A model generated the notes under the pieces. The model saw nothing but the letters and a program-made list of their open reading frames with translations, made no database searches and was not told the origin of the DNA. Positions 1-15,000 of a stretch of 64,000 bases of DNA are shown here, one piece after another. The stretch comes from Cyanophora paradoxa CCMP329. Its lineage: Eukaryota; Plantae; Glaucophyta. Where the stretch lies: contig QPMI01000551.1 of the NCBI GenBank assembly GCA_004431415.1, forward strand, positions 1-64,000, read 5' to 3'. The first letter of the stretch is position 1. Each line of letters begins with the position of its first letter. The translations under genes and the position numbers were made by a program.

Positions 1-3000
1 TAAGCTGGTTCCAACTCACGTTCAGCCGCCGTTCGCGTTCAGCAGCCCCGTCGACGTCAGCGTCCCGTCACCCCGACCATGCCGTCGCCAGCGTGTTGCC
101 CGACATGTCCACCACGAACTGGTTCCCTCACGTTCAGCCCGCCGTTCGCGTTCAGCAGCCCCGTCGACGTCACGGTCCCGTCACCCCGACCATGCCGTCG
201 CCAGCGTGTTGCCCGACATGTCCACCACGAACTGGTTCCACTCACGTCAGCCGCCGTTCGCGTTCAGCAGCCCCGTCGACGTCACGGTCCCCGTCACCCG
301 ACCATGCCCGTCGCCAGCGTGTTTGCCCGACATGTCCACGCGAACTGGTTCCACCTCACGTTCAGCCCGCCGTTCGCGTTCAGCAGCCCCGTCGACGTCA
401 CGGTCCCCGTCACCCCGACCATGCCCGTCGCCAGCATGTTGCCCGAGATATCGACACTAAGCTGGTTCCACCTCACGTTCAGCCCGCCGTTCGCGTTCAG
501 CAGCCCCGTCGACGTCACGGTCCCGTCACCCGACCATGCCCGTCGCCAGCGTGTTGCCCGACATGTCCACCACGAACTGGTTCCACCTCACGTTCAGCCC
601 GCCGTTTCGCGTTCAGCAGCCCCGTCGACGTCACGGTCCCCGTCACCCGACCATGCCCGTCGCAGCGTGTTGCCCGACATGTCCACCACGAACTGGTTCC
701 ACCTCACGTTCAGCCCGCCGTTCGCGTTCAGCAGCGCCGTCGACGTCACGGTCCCCGTCACCCCGACCATGCCCGTCGCCAGCGTGTTGCCCGACATGTC
801 CACCACGAACTGATTCCACCTCACGTTCAGCCCGCCGTTCGCGTTCAGCAGCCCCGTCGACGTCACGGTCCCCGTCACCCCGACCATGCCCGTCGCCAGC
901 GTGTTGCCGGACATGTCCACCACGAACTGATTCCACCTCACGTTCAGCCCGCCGTTCGCGTTCAGCAGCCCCGTCGACGTCACGGTCCCCGTCACCCCGA
1001 CCATGCCCGTCGCCAGCGTGTTGCCCGACATGTCCACCACGAACTGATTCCCCCTCACGTTCAGCCCGCCGTTCGCGTTCAGCAGCCCCGTCGACGTCAC
1101 GGTCCCGTCACCCCGACCATGCCCGTCGCCAGCGTGTTGCCCGACATGTCACACGAAGCTGGTTCCACCTCACGTTCAGCCCGCCGTTCGCGTTCAGCAG
1201 CCCCGTCGACGTCACGGTCCCCGTCACCCCGACCATGCCCGTCGCCAGCGTGTTTGCCGACATGTCACCGCAACTGTTCCACCTCACGTTCAGCCCGCCG
1301 TTCGCGTTCAGCAGCCCGTCGACGTCACGGTCCCCGTCACCCCGACCATGCCCGTCGCCAGCGTGTTGCCGAGATATCGATGCTAACTGTTCCACCTCAC
1401 GTTCAGCCCGCCGTTCGCGTTCAGCAGCCCCGTCGACGTCACGGTCCCCGTCACCCGACCATGCCCGTCGCCAGCGTGTTGCCCGACATATCATCACTGG
1501 TTCCACCTCACGTTCAGCCCGCCGTTCGCGTTCAGCAGCCCCGTCGACGTCACGGTCCCGTCACCCGACCATGCCCGTCGCCAGCGTTTCCGAATTCACA
1601 GAACTGTTCCACTCACGTTCAGCCGCCGTTCGCGTTCAGCAGCCCGTCGACGTCACGGTCCCGTCACCGACATGCCGTGCCAGCGTGTTGCCCGAGATAT
1701 CGTCAGTGTTCCACCTCACGTTCAGCCCCGTCGCGTTTCAGCAGCCCGTCGACGTCACGGTCCCGTCACCCCGACCATGCCGTCGCAGCGTGTTGCCCGA
1801 CATGTCCACCACGAACTGATTCCACCTCACGTTCAGCCCGCCGTTCGCGTTCAGCAGCCGCGTGACGGTCACGGTCCCGTCGTCAACACCGACGTCCAAC
1901 TGTTTGCGATCGCAAGGCTCCGCTCAGCGTGAGGCTCAGGGCGTCAAGCGGCCCCGCACCATGGTGCCAGCATTCAGAACTGGTTCCACCTCACGTTCAG
2001 CCCGCCGTTCGCGTTCAGCAGCCCGTCGACGTCACGGTCCCCGTCACCCCGACCATGCCGTCGCCAGCGTGTTGCCCGAATATCGATGCTAAGCTGTTCC
2101 ACCTCACGTTCAGCCCGCCGTTCGCGTTCAGCAGCCCGTCGACGTCAGGTCCCCGTACCCCGACCATGCCCGTCGCCAGCGTGTTGCCCGACATATCCAC
2201 ACAACTGATTCCACCTCACGTTCAGCCCGCCGTTCGCGTCAGCACCCGTCGACGTCACGGTCCCCGTCACCCTACCATGCCGTCGCCAGCGTGTTGCCGA
2301 GATATCGATGCTAAGCTGGTTCCACCTCACGTTCAGCCCGCCGTTCGCGTTCAGCAGCCCCGTCGACGTCACGGTCCCCGTCACCCCGACCATGCCCGTC
2401 GCCAGCGTGTTGCCCGAATGTCCACCACGAACTGATTCCACCTCACGTTCAGGCCGCCGTTCGCGTTCAGCAGCCCCGTCGACGTCACGGTCCCCGTCAC
2501 CCCGACCATGCCCGTCGCCAGCGTGTTGCCCGACATGTCCACCACGAACTGGTTCCACCTCACGTTCAGCCCGCCGTTCGCGTTCAGCAGCCCCGTCGAC
2601 GTCACGGTCCCCGTCACCCCGACCATGCCGTCGCCAGCGTGTTGCCCGACATGTCCACCACGAAACTGGTTCCACCTCACGTTCAGCCGCCGTTCGCGTT
2701 CAGCAGCCCCGTCGACGTCACGGTCCCCGTCACCCCGACCATGCCCGTCGCCAGCGTGTTGCCCGACATGTCCACACGAACTGTTCCACTCACGTTCAGC
2801 CCGCCGTTCGCGTTCAGCAGCCCCGTCGACGTCACGGTCCCCGTCACCCCGACCATGCCCGTCGCCAGCGTGTTGCCCGACATGTCCACCACGAACTGGT
2901 TCCACCTCACGTTCAGCCCGCCGTTCGCGTTCAGCAGCCCCGTCGACGTCACGGTCCCCGTCACCCCGACCATGCCCGTCGCCAGCGTGTTGCCCGACAT

Positions 3001-6000
3001 GTCCACCACGAACTGGTTCCACCTCACGTTCAGCCCGCCGTTCGCGTTCAGCAGCCCCGTCGACGTCACGGTCCCCGTCACCCGGACCATGCCCGTCGCC
3101 AGCGTGTTGCCCGACATGTCCACCACGAACTGATTCCACCTCACGTTCAGCCCGCCGTTCGCGTTCAGCAGCCCCGTCGACGTCACGGTCCCGTCACCCC
3201 GACCATGCCCGTCGCCAGCGTGTTGCCCGACATGTCCACCACGAACTGGTTCACCTCACGTTCAGCCCGCCGTTCGCGTTCAGCAGCCCGTCGACGTCAC
3301 GGTCCCCGTCACCCCGACCATGCCCGTCGCCAGCGTGTTGCCCGACATGTCCACACGAACTGTTCCACCTCACGTTCAGCCCGCCGTTCGCGTTCAGCAG
3401 CCCCGTCGACGTCACGGTCCCCGTCACCCCGACCATGCCCGTCGCCAGCGTGTTGCCCGACATGTCAACACGAACTGGTTCCACCTCACGTTCAGCCCGC
3501 CGTTCGCGTTCAGCAGCCCCGTCGACGTCACGGTCCCCGTCACCCCGACCATGCCCGTCGCCAGCGTGTTGCCCGACATGTCACCACGAACTGATTCCAC
3601 CTCACGTTCAGCCCGCCGTTCGCGTTCAGCAGCCCCGTCGACGTCACGGTCCCCGTCACCCCGACCATGCCCGTCGCCAGCGTGTTGCCCGACATGTCCA
3701 CCACGAACTGGTTCCACCTCACGTTCAGCCCGCCGTTCGCGTTCAGCAGCCCCGTCGACGTCACGGTCCCCGTCACCCCGACCATGCCCGTCGCCAGCGT
3801 GTTGCCCGACATGTCCACCACGAACTGATTCCACCTCACGTTCAGCCCGCCGTTCGCGTTCAGCAGCCCCGTCGACGTCACGGTCCCCGTCACCCCGACC
3901 ATGCCCGTCGCCAGCGTGTTGCCCGAGATATCGATGCTAAGCTGGTTCCACCTCACGTTCAGCCCGCCGTTCGCGTTCAGCAGCCCCGTCGACGTCACGG
4001 TCCCCGTCACCCCGACCATGCCCGTCGCCAGCGTGTTGCCCGACATGTCCACCACGAACTGATTCCACCTCACGTTCAGCCCGCCGTTCGCGTTCAGCAG
4101 CCCCGTCGACGTCACGGTCCCCGTCACCCCGACCATGCCCGTCGCCAGCGTGTTGCCCGACATGTCCACCACGAACTGTTCCACCTCACGTTCAGCCCGC
4201 CGTTCGCGTTCAGCAGCCCCGTCGACGTCACGGTCCCCGTCACCCCGACCATGGCCGTCGCCAGCGTGTTGCCCGACATGTCCACCACGAACTGATTCCA
4301 CCTCACGTTCAGCCCGCCGTTCGCGTTCAGCAGCCCCGTCGACGTCACGGTCCCCGTCACCCCGACCATGCCCGTCGCCAGCGTGTTGCCCGACATGTCC
4401 ACCACGAACTGGTTCCACCTCACGTTCAGCCCGCCGTTCGCGTTCAGCAGCCCCGTCGACGTCACGGTCCCCGTCACCCCGACCATGCCCGTCGCCAGCG
4501 TGTTGCCCGACATGTCGACGCTAACTGGTTCCACCTCACGTTCAGCCCGCCGTTCGCGTTCAGCAGCCCCGTCGACGTCACGGTCCCCGTCACCCCGACC
4601 ATGCCCGTCGCCAGCGTGTTGCCCGACATGTCCACACGAACTGATTCCACCTCACGTTCAGCCCGCCGTTCGCGTTCAGCAGCCCCGTCGACGTCAACGG
4701 TCCCCGTCACCCGACCATGCCCGTCGCCAGCGTGTTGCCCGACATGTCCACACGAACTGATTCCACCTCACGTTCAGCCCGCCGTTCGCGTTCAGCAGCC
4801 CGTCGACGTCACGGTCCCCGTCACCCCGACCATGCCGTCGCCAGCGTGTTGCCGACATGTCCACCACGAACTGTTCCACCTCACGTTCAGCCCGCCGTTC
4901 GCGTTCAGCAGCCCCGTCGACGTCACGGTCCCCGTCACCCCGACCATGCCCGTCGCCAGCGTGTTGCCCGACATGTCCACCACGAACTGGTTCCACCTCA
5001 CGTTCAGCCCGCCGTTCGCGTTCAGCAGCCCCGTCGACGTCACGGTCCCCGTCACCCCGACCATGCCCGTCGCCAGCGTGTTTCCCGACATGTCCACCAC
5101 GAACTGGTTCCACCTCACGTTCAGCCCGCCGTTCGCGTTCAGCAGCCCCGTCGACGTCACGGTCCCCGTCACCCCGACCATGCCCGTCGCCAGCGTGTTG
5201 CCCGACATGTCCACCACGAACTGATTCCACCTCACGTTCAGCCCGCCGTTCGCGTTCAGCAGCCCCGTCGACGTCACGGTCCCCGTCACCCCGACCATGC
5301 CCGTCGCCAGCGTGTTGCCCGACATGTCCACCACGAACTGGTTCCACCTCACGTTCAGCCCGCCGTTCGCGTTCAGCAGCCCCGTCGACGTCACGGTCCC
5401 CGTCACCCCGACCATGCCCGTCGCCAGCGTGTTGCCCGACATGTCCACACGAACTGATTCCACCTCACGTTCAGCCCGCCGTTCGCGTTCAGCAGCCCCG
5501 TCGACGTCACGGTCCCCGTCACCCCGACCATGCCCGTCGCCAGCGTGTTGCCCGACATGTCCACCACGAACTGATTCCACCTCACGTTCAGCCCGCCGTT
5601 CGCGTTCAGCAGCCCCGTCGACGTCACGGTCCCCGTCACCCCGACCATGCCCGTCGCCAGCGTGTTGCCCGACATGTCCACCACGAACTGATTCCACCTC
5701 ACGTTCAGCCCGCCGTTCGCGTTCAGCAGCCCCGTCGACGTCACGGTCCCCGTCACCCCGACCATGCCCGTCGCCAGCGTGTTGCCCGACATGTCCACGA
5801 ACTGGTTCCACCTCACGTTCAGCCCGCCGTTCGCGTTCAGCAGCCCCGTCGACGTCACGGTCCCCGTCACCCCGACCATGCCCGTCGCCAGCGTGTTGCC
5901 CGACATGTCCACCACGAACTGATTCCACCTCACGTTCAGCCCGCCGTTCGCGTTCAGCAGCCCCGTCGACGTCACGGTCCCCGTCACCCCGACCATGCCC

Positions 6001-9000
6001 GTCGCCAGCGTGTGCCCGACATGTCCACCACGAACTGATTCCACCTCACGTTCAGCCCGCCGTTCGCGTTCAGCAGCCCCGTCGACGTCACGGTCCCCGT
6101 CACCCCGACCATGCCCGTCGCCAGCGTGTTGCCCGACATGTCCACACGAACTGATTCCACCTCACGTTCAGCCCGCCGTTCGCGTTCAGCAGCCCCGTCG
6201 ACGTCACGGTCCCCGTCACCCCGACCATGCCCGTCGCCAGCGTGTTGCCCGACATGTCCACCACGAACTGTTCCACCTCACGTTCAGCCGCCGTTCGCGT
6301 TCAGCAGCCCGTCGACGTCACGGTCCCCGTCACCCCGACCATGCCCGTCGCCAGCGTGTTGCCCGACATGTCCACCACAACTGGTTCCACCTCACGTTCA
6401 GCCCGCCGTTCGCGTTCAGCAGCCCCGTCGACGTCACGGTCCCCGTCACCCCGACCATGCCCGTCGCCAGCGTGTTGCCCGACATGTCCACCACGAACTG
6501 ATTCCACCTCACGTTCAGCCCGCCGTTCGCGTTCAGCAGCCCGTCGACGTCACGGTCCCCGTCACCCCGACCATGCCCGTCGCCAGCGTGTTGCCCGACA
6601 TGTCCACCACGAACTGATTCCACCTCACGTTCAGCCCGCCGTTCGCGTTCAGCAGCCCCGTCGACGTCACGGTCCCCGTCACCCCGACCATGCCCGTCGC
6701 CAGCGTGTTGCCCGACATGTCCACCACGAACTGTTCCACCTCACGTTCAGCCCGCCGTTCGCGTTCAGCAGCCCCGTCGACGTCACGGTCCCCGTCACCC
6801 CGACCATGCCCGTCGCCAGCGTGTTGCCCGACATGTCCACCACGAACTGATTCCACCTCACGTTCAGCCCGCCGTTCGCGTTCAGCAGCCCCGTCGACGT
6901 CACGGTCCCCGTCACCCCGACCATGCCCGTCGCCAGCGTGTTGCCCGAGATATCGATGCTAAGCTGGTTCCACCTCACGTTCAGCCCGCCGTTCGCGTTC
7001 AGCAGCCCCGTCGACGTCACGGTCCCCGTCACCCCGACCATGCCCGTCGCCAGCGTGTTGCCCGACATGTCCACCACGAACTGGTTCCACCTCACGTTCA
7101 GCCCGCCGTTCGCGTTCAGCAGCCCCGTCGACGTCACGGTCCCCGTCACCCCGACCATGCCCGTCGCCAGCGTGTTGCCCGACATGTCCACCACGAACTG
7201 ATTCCACCTCACGTTCAGCCCGCCGTTTGCGTTCAGCAGCCCCGTCGACGTCACGGTCCCCGTAACCCCGACCATGCCCGTCGCCAGCGTGTTGCCCGAC
7301 ATGTCCACCACGAACTGATTCCACCTCACGTTCAGCCCGCCGTTCGCGTTCAGCAGCCCCGTCGACGTCACGGTCCCCGTCACCCCGACCATGCCCGTCG
7401 CCAGCGTGTTGCCCGACATGTCCACCACGAACTGGTTCCACCTCACGTTCAGCCCGCCGTTCGCGTTCAGCAGCCCCGTCGACGTCACGGTCCCGTCACC
7501 CCGACCATGCCCGTCGCCAGCGTGTTGCCCGACATGTCACCACGAACTGGTTCCACCTCACGTTCAGCCGCCGTTCGCGTTCAGCAGCCCCGTCGACGTC
7601 ACGGTCCCCGTCACCCCGACCATGCCCGTCGCCAGCGTGTTGCCCGACATGTCCACACGAACTGATTCCACCTCACGTTCAGCCCGCCGTTCGCGTTCAG
7701 CAGCCCGTCGACGTCACGGTCCCCGTCACCCCGACCATGCCCGTCGCCAGCGTGTTGCCGACATGTCACCACGAATGATTCCACCTCACGTTCAGCCCGC
7801 CGTTCGCGTTCAGCAGCCCCGTCGACGTCACGGTCCCCGTCACCCGACCATGCCCGTCGCCAGCGTGTTGCCCGACATGTCCACCACGAACTGTTCCACC
7901 TCACGTTCAGCCCGCCGTTCGCGTTCAGCAGCCCCGTCGACGTCACGGTCCCCGTCACCCCGACCATGCCCGTCGCCAGCGTGTTGCCCGACATGTCCAC
8001 CACGAACTGGTTCCACCTCACGTTCAGCCCGCCGTTCGCGTTCAGCAGCCCCGTCGACGTCACGGTCCCCGTCACCCCGACCATGCCCGTCGCCAGCGTG
8101 TTGCCCGACATGTCCACCACGAACTGATTCCACCTCACGTTCAGCCCGCCGTTCGCGTTCAGCAGCCCCGTCGACGTCACGGTCCCCGTCACCCCGACCA
8201 TGCCGTCGCCAGCGTGTTGCCCGACATGTCCACCACGAACTGTTCCACCTCACGTTCAGCCCGCCGTTCGCGTTCAGCAGCCCCGTCGACGTCACGGTCC
8301 CCGTCACCCCGACCATGCCCGTCGCCAGCGTGTTGCCCGACATGTCCACACGAACTGTTCCACCTCACGTTCAGCCGCCGTTCGCGTTCAGCAGCCCCGT
8401 CGACGTCACGGTCCCCGTCACCCCGACCATGCCCGTCGCCAGCGTGTTGCCCGACATGTCCACCACGAACTGTTCCACCTCACGTTCAGCCCGCCGTTCG
8501 CGTTCAGCAGCCCGTCGACGTCACGGTCCCCGTCACCCCGACCATGCCCGTCGCCAGCGTGTTGCCCGACATGTCCACCACGAACTGATTCCACCTCACG
8601 TTCAGCCCGCCGTTCGCGTTCAGCAGCCCCGTCGACGTCACGGTCCCGTCACCCGACCATGCCCGTCGCCAGCGTGTTGCCCGACATGTCACCCGAACTG
8701 TTCCACCTCACGTTCAGCCGCCGTTCGCGTTCAGCAGCCCCGTCGACGTCACGGTCCCCGTCACCCCGACCATGCCCGTCGCCAGCGTGTTGCCCGACAT
8801 GTCCACCACGAACTGTTCCACCTCACGTTCAGCCCGCCGTTCGCGTTCAGCAGCCCGTCGACGTCACGGTCCCGTCACCCCGACCATGCCCGTCGCCAGC
8901 GTGTTGCCCGACATGTCCACCACGAACTGATTCCACCTCACGTTCAGCCCGCCGTTCGCGTTCAGCAGCCCCGTCGACGTCACGGTCCCGTCACCCGACC

Positions 9001-12000
9001 ATGCCCGTCCAGCGTGTTGCCGACATGTCCACACGAACTGGTTCCACCTCACGTTCAGCCCGCCTTCGCGTTCAGCAGCCCGTCGACGTCACGGTCCCCG
9101 TCACCCCGACCATGCCCGTCGCCAGCGTGTTGCCCGACATGTCCACCACGAACTGGTTCCACCTCACGTTCAGCCCGCCGTTCGCGTTCAGCAGCCCCGT
9201 CGACGTCACGGTCCCGTCACCCCGACCATGCCGTCGCCAGCGTGTTGCCCGACATGTCCACCACGAACTGATTCCACCTCACGTTCAGCCCGCCGTTCGC
9301 GTTCAGCAGCCCCGTCGACGTCACGGTCCCCGTCACCCCGACCATGCCCGTCGCCAGCGTGTTGCCCGACATGTCCACCACGAACTGATTCCACCTCACG
9401 TTCAGCCCGCCGTTCGCGTTCAGCAGCCCGTCGACGTCACGGTCCCCGTCACCCCGACCATGCCCGTCGCCAGCGTGTTGCCCGACATGTCCACCACGAA
9501 CTGGTTCCACCTCACGTTCAGCCCGCCGTTCGCGTTCAGCAGCCCCGTCGACGTCACGGTCCCCGTCACCCCGACCATGCCCGTCGCCAGCGTGTTGCCG
9601 ACATGTCCACCACGAACTGGTTCCACCTCACGTTCAGCCCGCCGTTCGCGTTCAGCAGCCCCGTCGACGTCACGGTCCCCGTCACCCGACCATGCCCGTC
9701 GCCAGCGTGTTGCCCGACATGTCCACCACGAACTGTTCCACCTCACGTTCAGCCGCCGTTCGCGTTCAGCAGCCCCGTCGACGTCACGGTCCCCGTCACC
9801 CCGACCATGCCCGTCGCCAGCGTGTTGCCCGACATGTCCACCACGAACTGATTCCACCTCACGTTCAGCCCGCCGTTCGCGTTCAGCAGCCCCGTCGACG
9901 TCACGGTCCCCGTCACCCCGACCATGCCCGTCGCCAGCGTGTTGCCCGAAATGTCCACCACGAACTGGTTCACCTCACGTTCAGCCCGCCGTTCGCGTTC
10001 AGCAGCCCCGTCGACGTCACGGTCCCCGTCACCCCGACCATGCCCGTCGCCAGCGTGTTGCCCGACATGTCCACCACGAACTGGTTCCACCTCACGTTCA
10101 GCCCGCCGTTCGCGTTCAGCAGCCCCGTCGACGTCACGGTCCCCGTCACCCCGACCATGCCCGTCGCCAGCGTGTTGCCCGACATGTCCACCACGAACTG
10201 GTTCCACCTCACGTTCAGCCCGCCGTTCGCGTTCAGCAGCCCGGTCGACGTCACGGTCCCGTCACCCGACCATGCCCGTCGCCAGCGTGTTGCCCGACAT
10301 GTCCACACGAACTGATTCCACCTCACGTTCAGCCCGCCGTTCGCGTTCAGCAGCCCCGTCGACGTCACGGTCCCCGTCACCCCGACCATGCCCGTCGCCA
10401 GCGTGTTGCCCGACATGTCCACCACGAACTGGTTCCACCTCACGTTCAGCCCGCCGTTCGCGTTCAGCAGCCCCGTCGACGTCACGGTCCCCGTCACCCC
10501 GACCATGCCCGTCGCCAGCGTGTTGCCCGACATGTCCACCACGAACTGGTTCCACCTCACGTTCAGCCCGCCGTTCGCGTTCAGCAGCCCCGTCGACGTC
10601 ACGGTCCCCGTCACCCCGACCATGCCCGTCGCCAGCGTGTTGCCCGACATGTCCACCACGAACTGTTCCACCTCACGTTCAGCCCGCCGTTCGCGTTCAG
10701 CAGCCCCGTCGACGTCACGGTCCCCGTCACCCCGACCATGCCCGTCGCCAGCGTGTTGCCCGACATGTCCACCCCGAACTGGTTCCACCTCACGTTCAGC
10801 CCGCCGTTCGCGTTCAGCAGCCCCGTCGACGTCACGGTCCCCGTCACCCCGACCATGCCCGTCGCCAGCGTGTTGCCCGACATGTCCACCACGAACTGGT
10901 TCCACCTCACGTTCAGCCCGCCGTTCGCGTTCAGCAGCCCGTCGACGTCACGGTCCCCGTCACCCCGACCATGCCCGTCGCCAGCGTGTTGCCCGACATG
11001 TCCACCACGAACTGATTCCACCTCACGTTCAGCCCGCCGTTCGCGTTCAGCAGCCCCGTCGACGTCACGGTCCCCGTCACCCCGACCATGCCCGTCGCCA
11101 GCGTGTTGCCCGACATGTCCACCACGAACTGTTCCACCTCACGTTCAGCCCGCCGTTCGCGTTCAGCAGCCCCGTCGACGTCACGGTCCCCGTCACCCCG
11201 ACCATGCCCGTCGCCAGCGTGTTGCCCGACATGTCCACCACGAACTGTTCCACCTCACGTTCAGCCCGCCGTTCGCGTTCAGCAGCCCCGTCGACGTCAC
11301 GGTCCCGTCACCCCGACCATGCCCGTCGCCAGCGTGTTGCCCGACATGTCCACCACGAACTGGTTCCACCTCACGTTCAGCCCGCCGTTCGCGTTCAGCA
11401 GCCCCGTCGACGTCACGGTCCCCGTCACCCGACCATGCCCGTCGCCAGCGTGTTGCCCGACATGTCCACCACGAACTGATTCCACCTCACGTTCAGCCCG
11501 CCGTTCGCGTTCAGCAGCCCCGTCGACGTCACGGTCCCCGTCACCCCGACCATGCCCGTCGCCAGCGTGTTGCCCGACATGTCCACACGAACTGTTCCAC
11601 CTCACGTTCAGCCCGCCGTTCGCGTTCAGCAGCCCCGTCGACGTCACGGTCCCCGTCACCCCGACCATGCCCGTCGCCAGCGTGTTGCCCGACATGTCCA
11701 CCACGAACTGGTTCCACCTCACGTTCAGCCCGCCGTTCGCGTTCAGCAGCCCCGTCGACGTCACGGTCCCCGTCACCCCGACCATGCCCGTCGCCAGCGT
11801 GTTGCCCGACATGTCCACCACAAACTGGTTCCACCTCACGTTCAGCCCGCCGTTCGCGTTCAGCAGCCCCGTCGACGTCACGGTCCCCGTCACCCCGACC
11901 ATGCCCGTCGCCAGCGTGTTGCCCGACATGTCCACCACGAACTGTTCCACCTCACGTTCAGCCCGCCGTTCGCGTTCAGCAGCCCCGTCGACGTCACGGT

Positions 12001-15000
12001 CCCCGTCACCCCGACCATGCCCGTCGCCAGCGTGTTGCCCGACATGTCCACCACGAACTGATTCCACCTCACGTTCAGCCCGCCGTTCGCGTTCAGCAGC
12101 CCCGTCGACGTCACGGTCCCCGTCACCCCGACCATGCCCGTCGCCAGCGTGTTGCCCGACATGTCCACCACGAACTGTTCCACCTCACGTTCAGCCCGCC
12201 GTTCGCGTTCAGCAGCCCCGTCGACGTCACGGTCCCCGTCACCCCGACCATGCCCGTCGCCAGCGTGTTGCCCGACATATCGACACGAACTGGTTCCACC
12301 TCACGTTCAGCCCGCCGTTCGCGTTCAGCAGCCCCGTCGACGTCACGGTCCCCGTCACCCCGACCATGCCCGTCGCCAGCGTGTTGCCCGACATGTCCAC
12401 CACGAACTGATTCCACCTCACGTTCAGCCCGCCGTTCGCGTTCAGCAGCCCCGTCGACGTCACGGTCCCCGTCACCCCGACCATGCCCGTCGCCAGCGTG
12501 TTGCCGGACATGTCCACCACAAATTGATTCCACCTCACGTTCAGCCCGCCGTTCGCGTTCAGCAGCCCCGTCGACGTCACGGTCCCCGTCACCCGACCAT
12601 GCCCGTCGCCAGCGTGTTGCCCGACATGTCCACCACGAACTGTTCCACCTCACGTTCAGCCCGCCGTTCGCGTTCAGCAGCCCCGTCGACGTCACGGTCC
12701 CCGTCACCCCGACCATGCCCGTCGCCAGCGTGTTGCCCGACATGTCCACCACGAACTGGTTCCACCTCACGTTCAGCCCGCCGTTCGCGTTCAGCAGCCC
12801 CGTCGACGTCACGGTCCCCGTCACCCCGACCATGCCCGTCGCCAGCGTGTTGCCCGACATGTCCACCACGAACTGTTCCACCTCACGTTCAGCCCGCCGT
12901 TCGCGTTCAGCAGCCCCGTCGACGTCACGGTCCCCGTCACCCCGACCATGCCCGTCGCCAGCGTGTTGCCCGACATGTCCACCACGAACTGATTCCACCT
13001 CACGTTCAGCCCGCCGTTCGCGTTCAGCAGCCCGTCGACGTCACGGTCCCGTCACCCCGACCATGCCCGTCGCCAGCGTGTTGCCCGACATGTCCACACG
13101 AACTGTTCCACCTCACGTTCAGCCCGCCGTTCGCGTTCAGCAGCCCCGTCGACGTCACGGTCCCCGTCACCCCGACCATGCCCGTCGCCAGCGTGTTGCC
13201 CGACATGTCCACCACGAACTGATTCCACCTCACGTTCAGCCCGCCGTTCGCGTTCAGCAGCCCCGTCGACGTCACGGTCCCCGTCACCCCGACCATGCCC
13301 GTCGCCAGCGTGTTGCCCGACATGTCCACCACGAACTGGTTCCACCTCACGTTCAGCCGCCGTTCGCGTTCAGCAGCCCCGTCGACGTCACGGTCCCCGT
13401 CACCCCGACCATGCCCGTCGCCAGCGTGTTGCCCGACATGTCCACACGAACTGTTCCACCTCACGTTCAGCCCGCCGTTCGCGTTCAGCAGCCCCGTCGA
13501 CGTCACGGTCCCGTCACCCCGACCATGCCCGTCGCCAGCGTGTTGCCCGACATGTCCACCACGAACTGTTCCACCTCACGTTCAGCCCGCCGTTCGCGTT
13601 CAGCAGCCCCGTCGACGTCACGGTCCCCGTCACCCCGACCATGCCCGTCGCCAGCGTGTTGCCCGACATGTCCACCACGAACTGATTCCACCTCACGTTC
13701 AGCCCGCCGTTCGCGTTCAGCAGCCCCGTCGACGTCACGGTCCCCGTCACCCCGACCATGCCCGTCGCCAGCGTGTTGCCCGACATGTCCACCAACTGTT
13801 CCACCTCACGTTCAGCCCGCCGTTCGCGTTCAGCAGCCCCGTCGACGTCACGGTCCCCGTCACCCGACCATGCCCGTCGCCAGCGTGTTGCCGACATGTC
13901 CACCACGAACTGATTCCACCTCACGTTCAGCCCGCCGTTCGCGTTCAGCAGCCCCGTCGACGTCACGGTCCCCGTCACCCCGACCATGCCCGTCGCCAGC
14001 GTGTTGCCGACATGTCCACCACGAACTGGTTCCACCTCACGTTCAGCCCGCCGTTCGCGTTCAGCAGCCCCGTCGACGTCACGGTCCCCGTCACCCGACC
14101 ATGCCCGTCGCCAGCGTGTTGCCCGACATGTCCACCACGAACTGATTCCACCTCACGTTCAGCCCGCCGTTCGCGTTCAGCAGCCCCGTCGACGTCACGG
14201 TCCCCGTCACCCCGACCATGCCCGTCGCCAGCGTGTTGCCCGACATGTCCACCACGAACTGGTTCCACCTCACGTTCAGCCCGCCGTTCGCGTTCAGCAG
14301 CCCCGTCGACGTCACGGTCCCCGTCACCCCGACCATGCCCGTCGCCAGCGTGTTGCCCGACATGTCCACCACGAACTGATTCCACCTCACGTTCAGCCCG
14401 CCGTTCGCGTTCAGCAGCCCCGTCGACGTCACGGTCCCCGTCACCCCGACCATGCCCGTCGCCAGCGTGTTGCCCGACATGTCCACCACGAACTGGTTCC
14501 ACCTCACGTTCAGCCCGCCGTTCGCGTTCAGCAGCCCCGTCGACGTCACGGTCCCCGTCACCCCGACCATGCCCGTCGCCAGCGTGTTGCCCGACATGTC
14601 CACCACGAACTGATTCCACCTCACGTTCAGCCCGCCGTTCGCGTTCAGCAGCCCCGTCGACGTCACGGTCCCGTCACCCCGACCATGCCCGTCGCCAGCG
14701 TGTTGCCGACATGTCCACCCGAACTGTTCCACCTCACGTTCAGCCCGCCGTTCGCGTTCAGCAGCCCGTCGACGTCACGGTCCCGTCACCCCGACCATGC
14801 CCGTCGCCAGCGTGTTGCCCGACATGTCCACCACGAACTGATTCCACCTCACGTTCAGCCCGCCGTTCGCGTTCAGCAGCCCCGTCGACGTCACGGTCCC
14901 CGTCACCCCGACCATGCCCGTCGCCAGCGTGTTGCCCGACATGTCCACCACGAACTGTTCCACCTCACGTTCAGCCCGCCGTTCGCGTTCAGCAGCCCCG

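Noticed and set aside
1861-1980. Apparent unique insert within the array
   Set aside because: It still contains scrambled unit words (acggtcccgt, accatg, gccagc, gaactgg) and lies in the most error-rich stretch, so it is most likely low-quality consensus.
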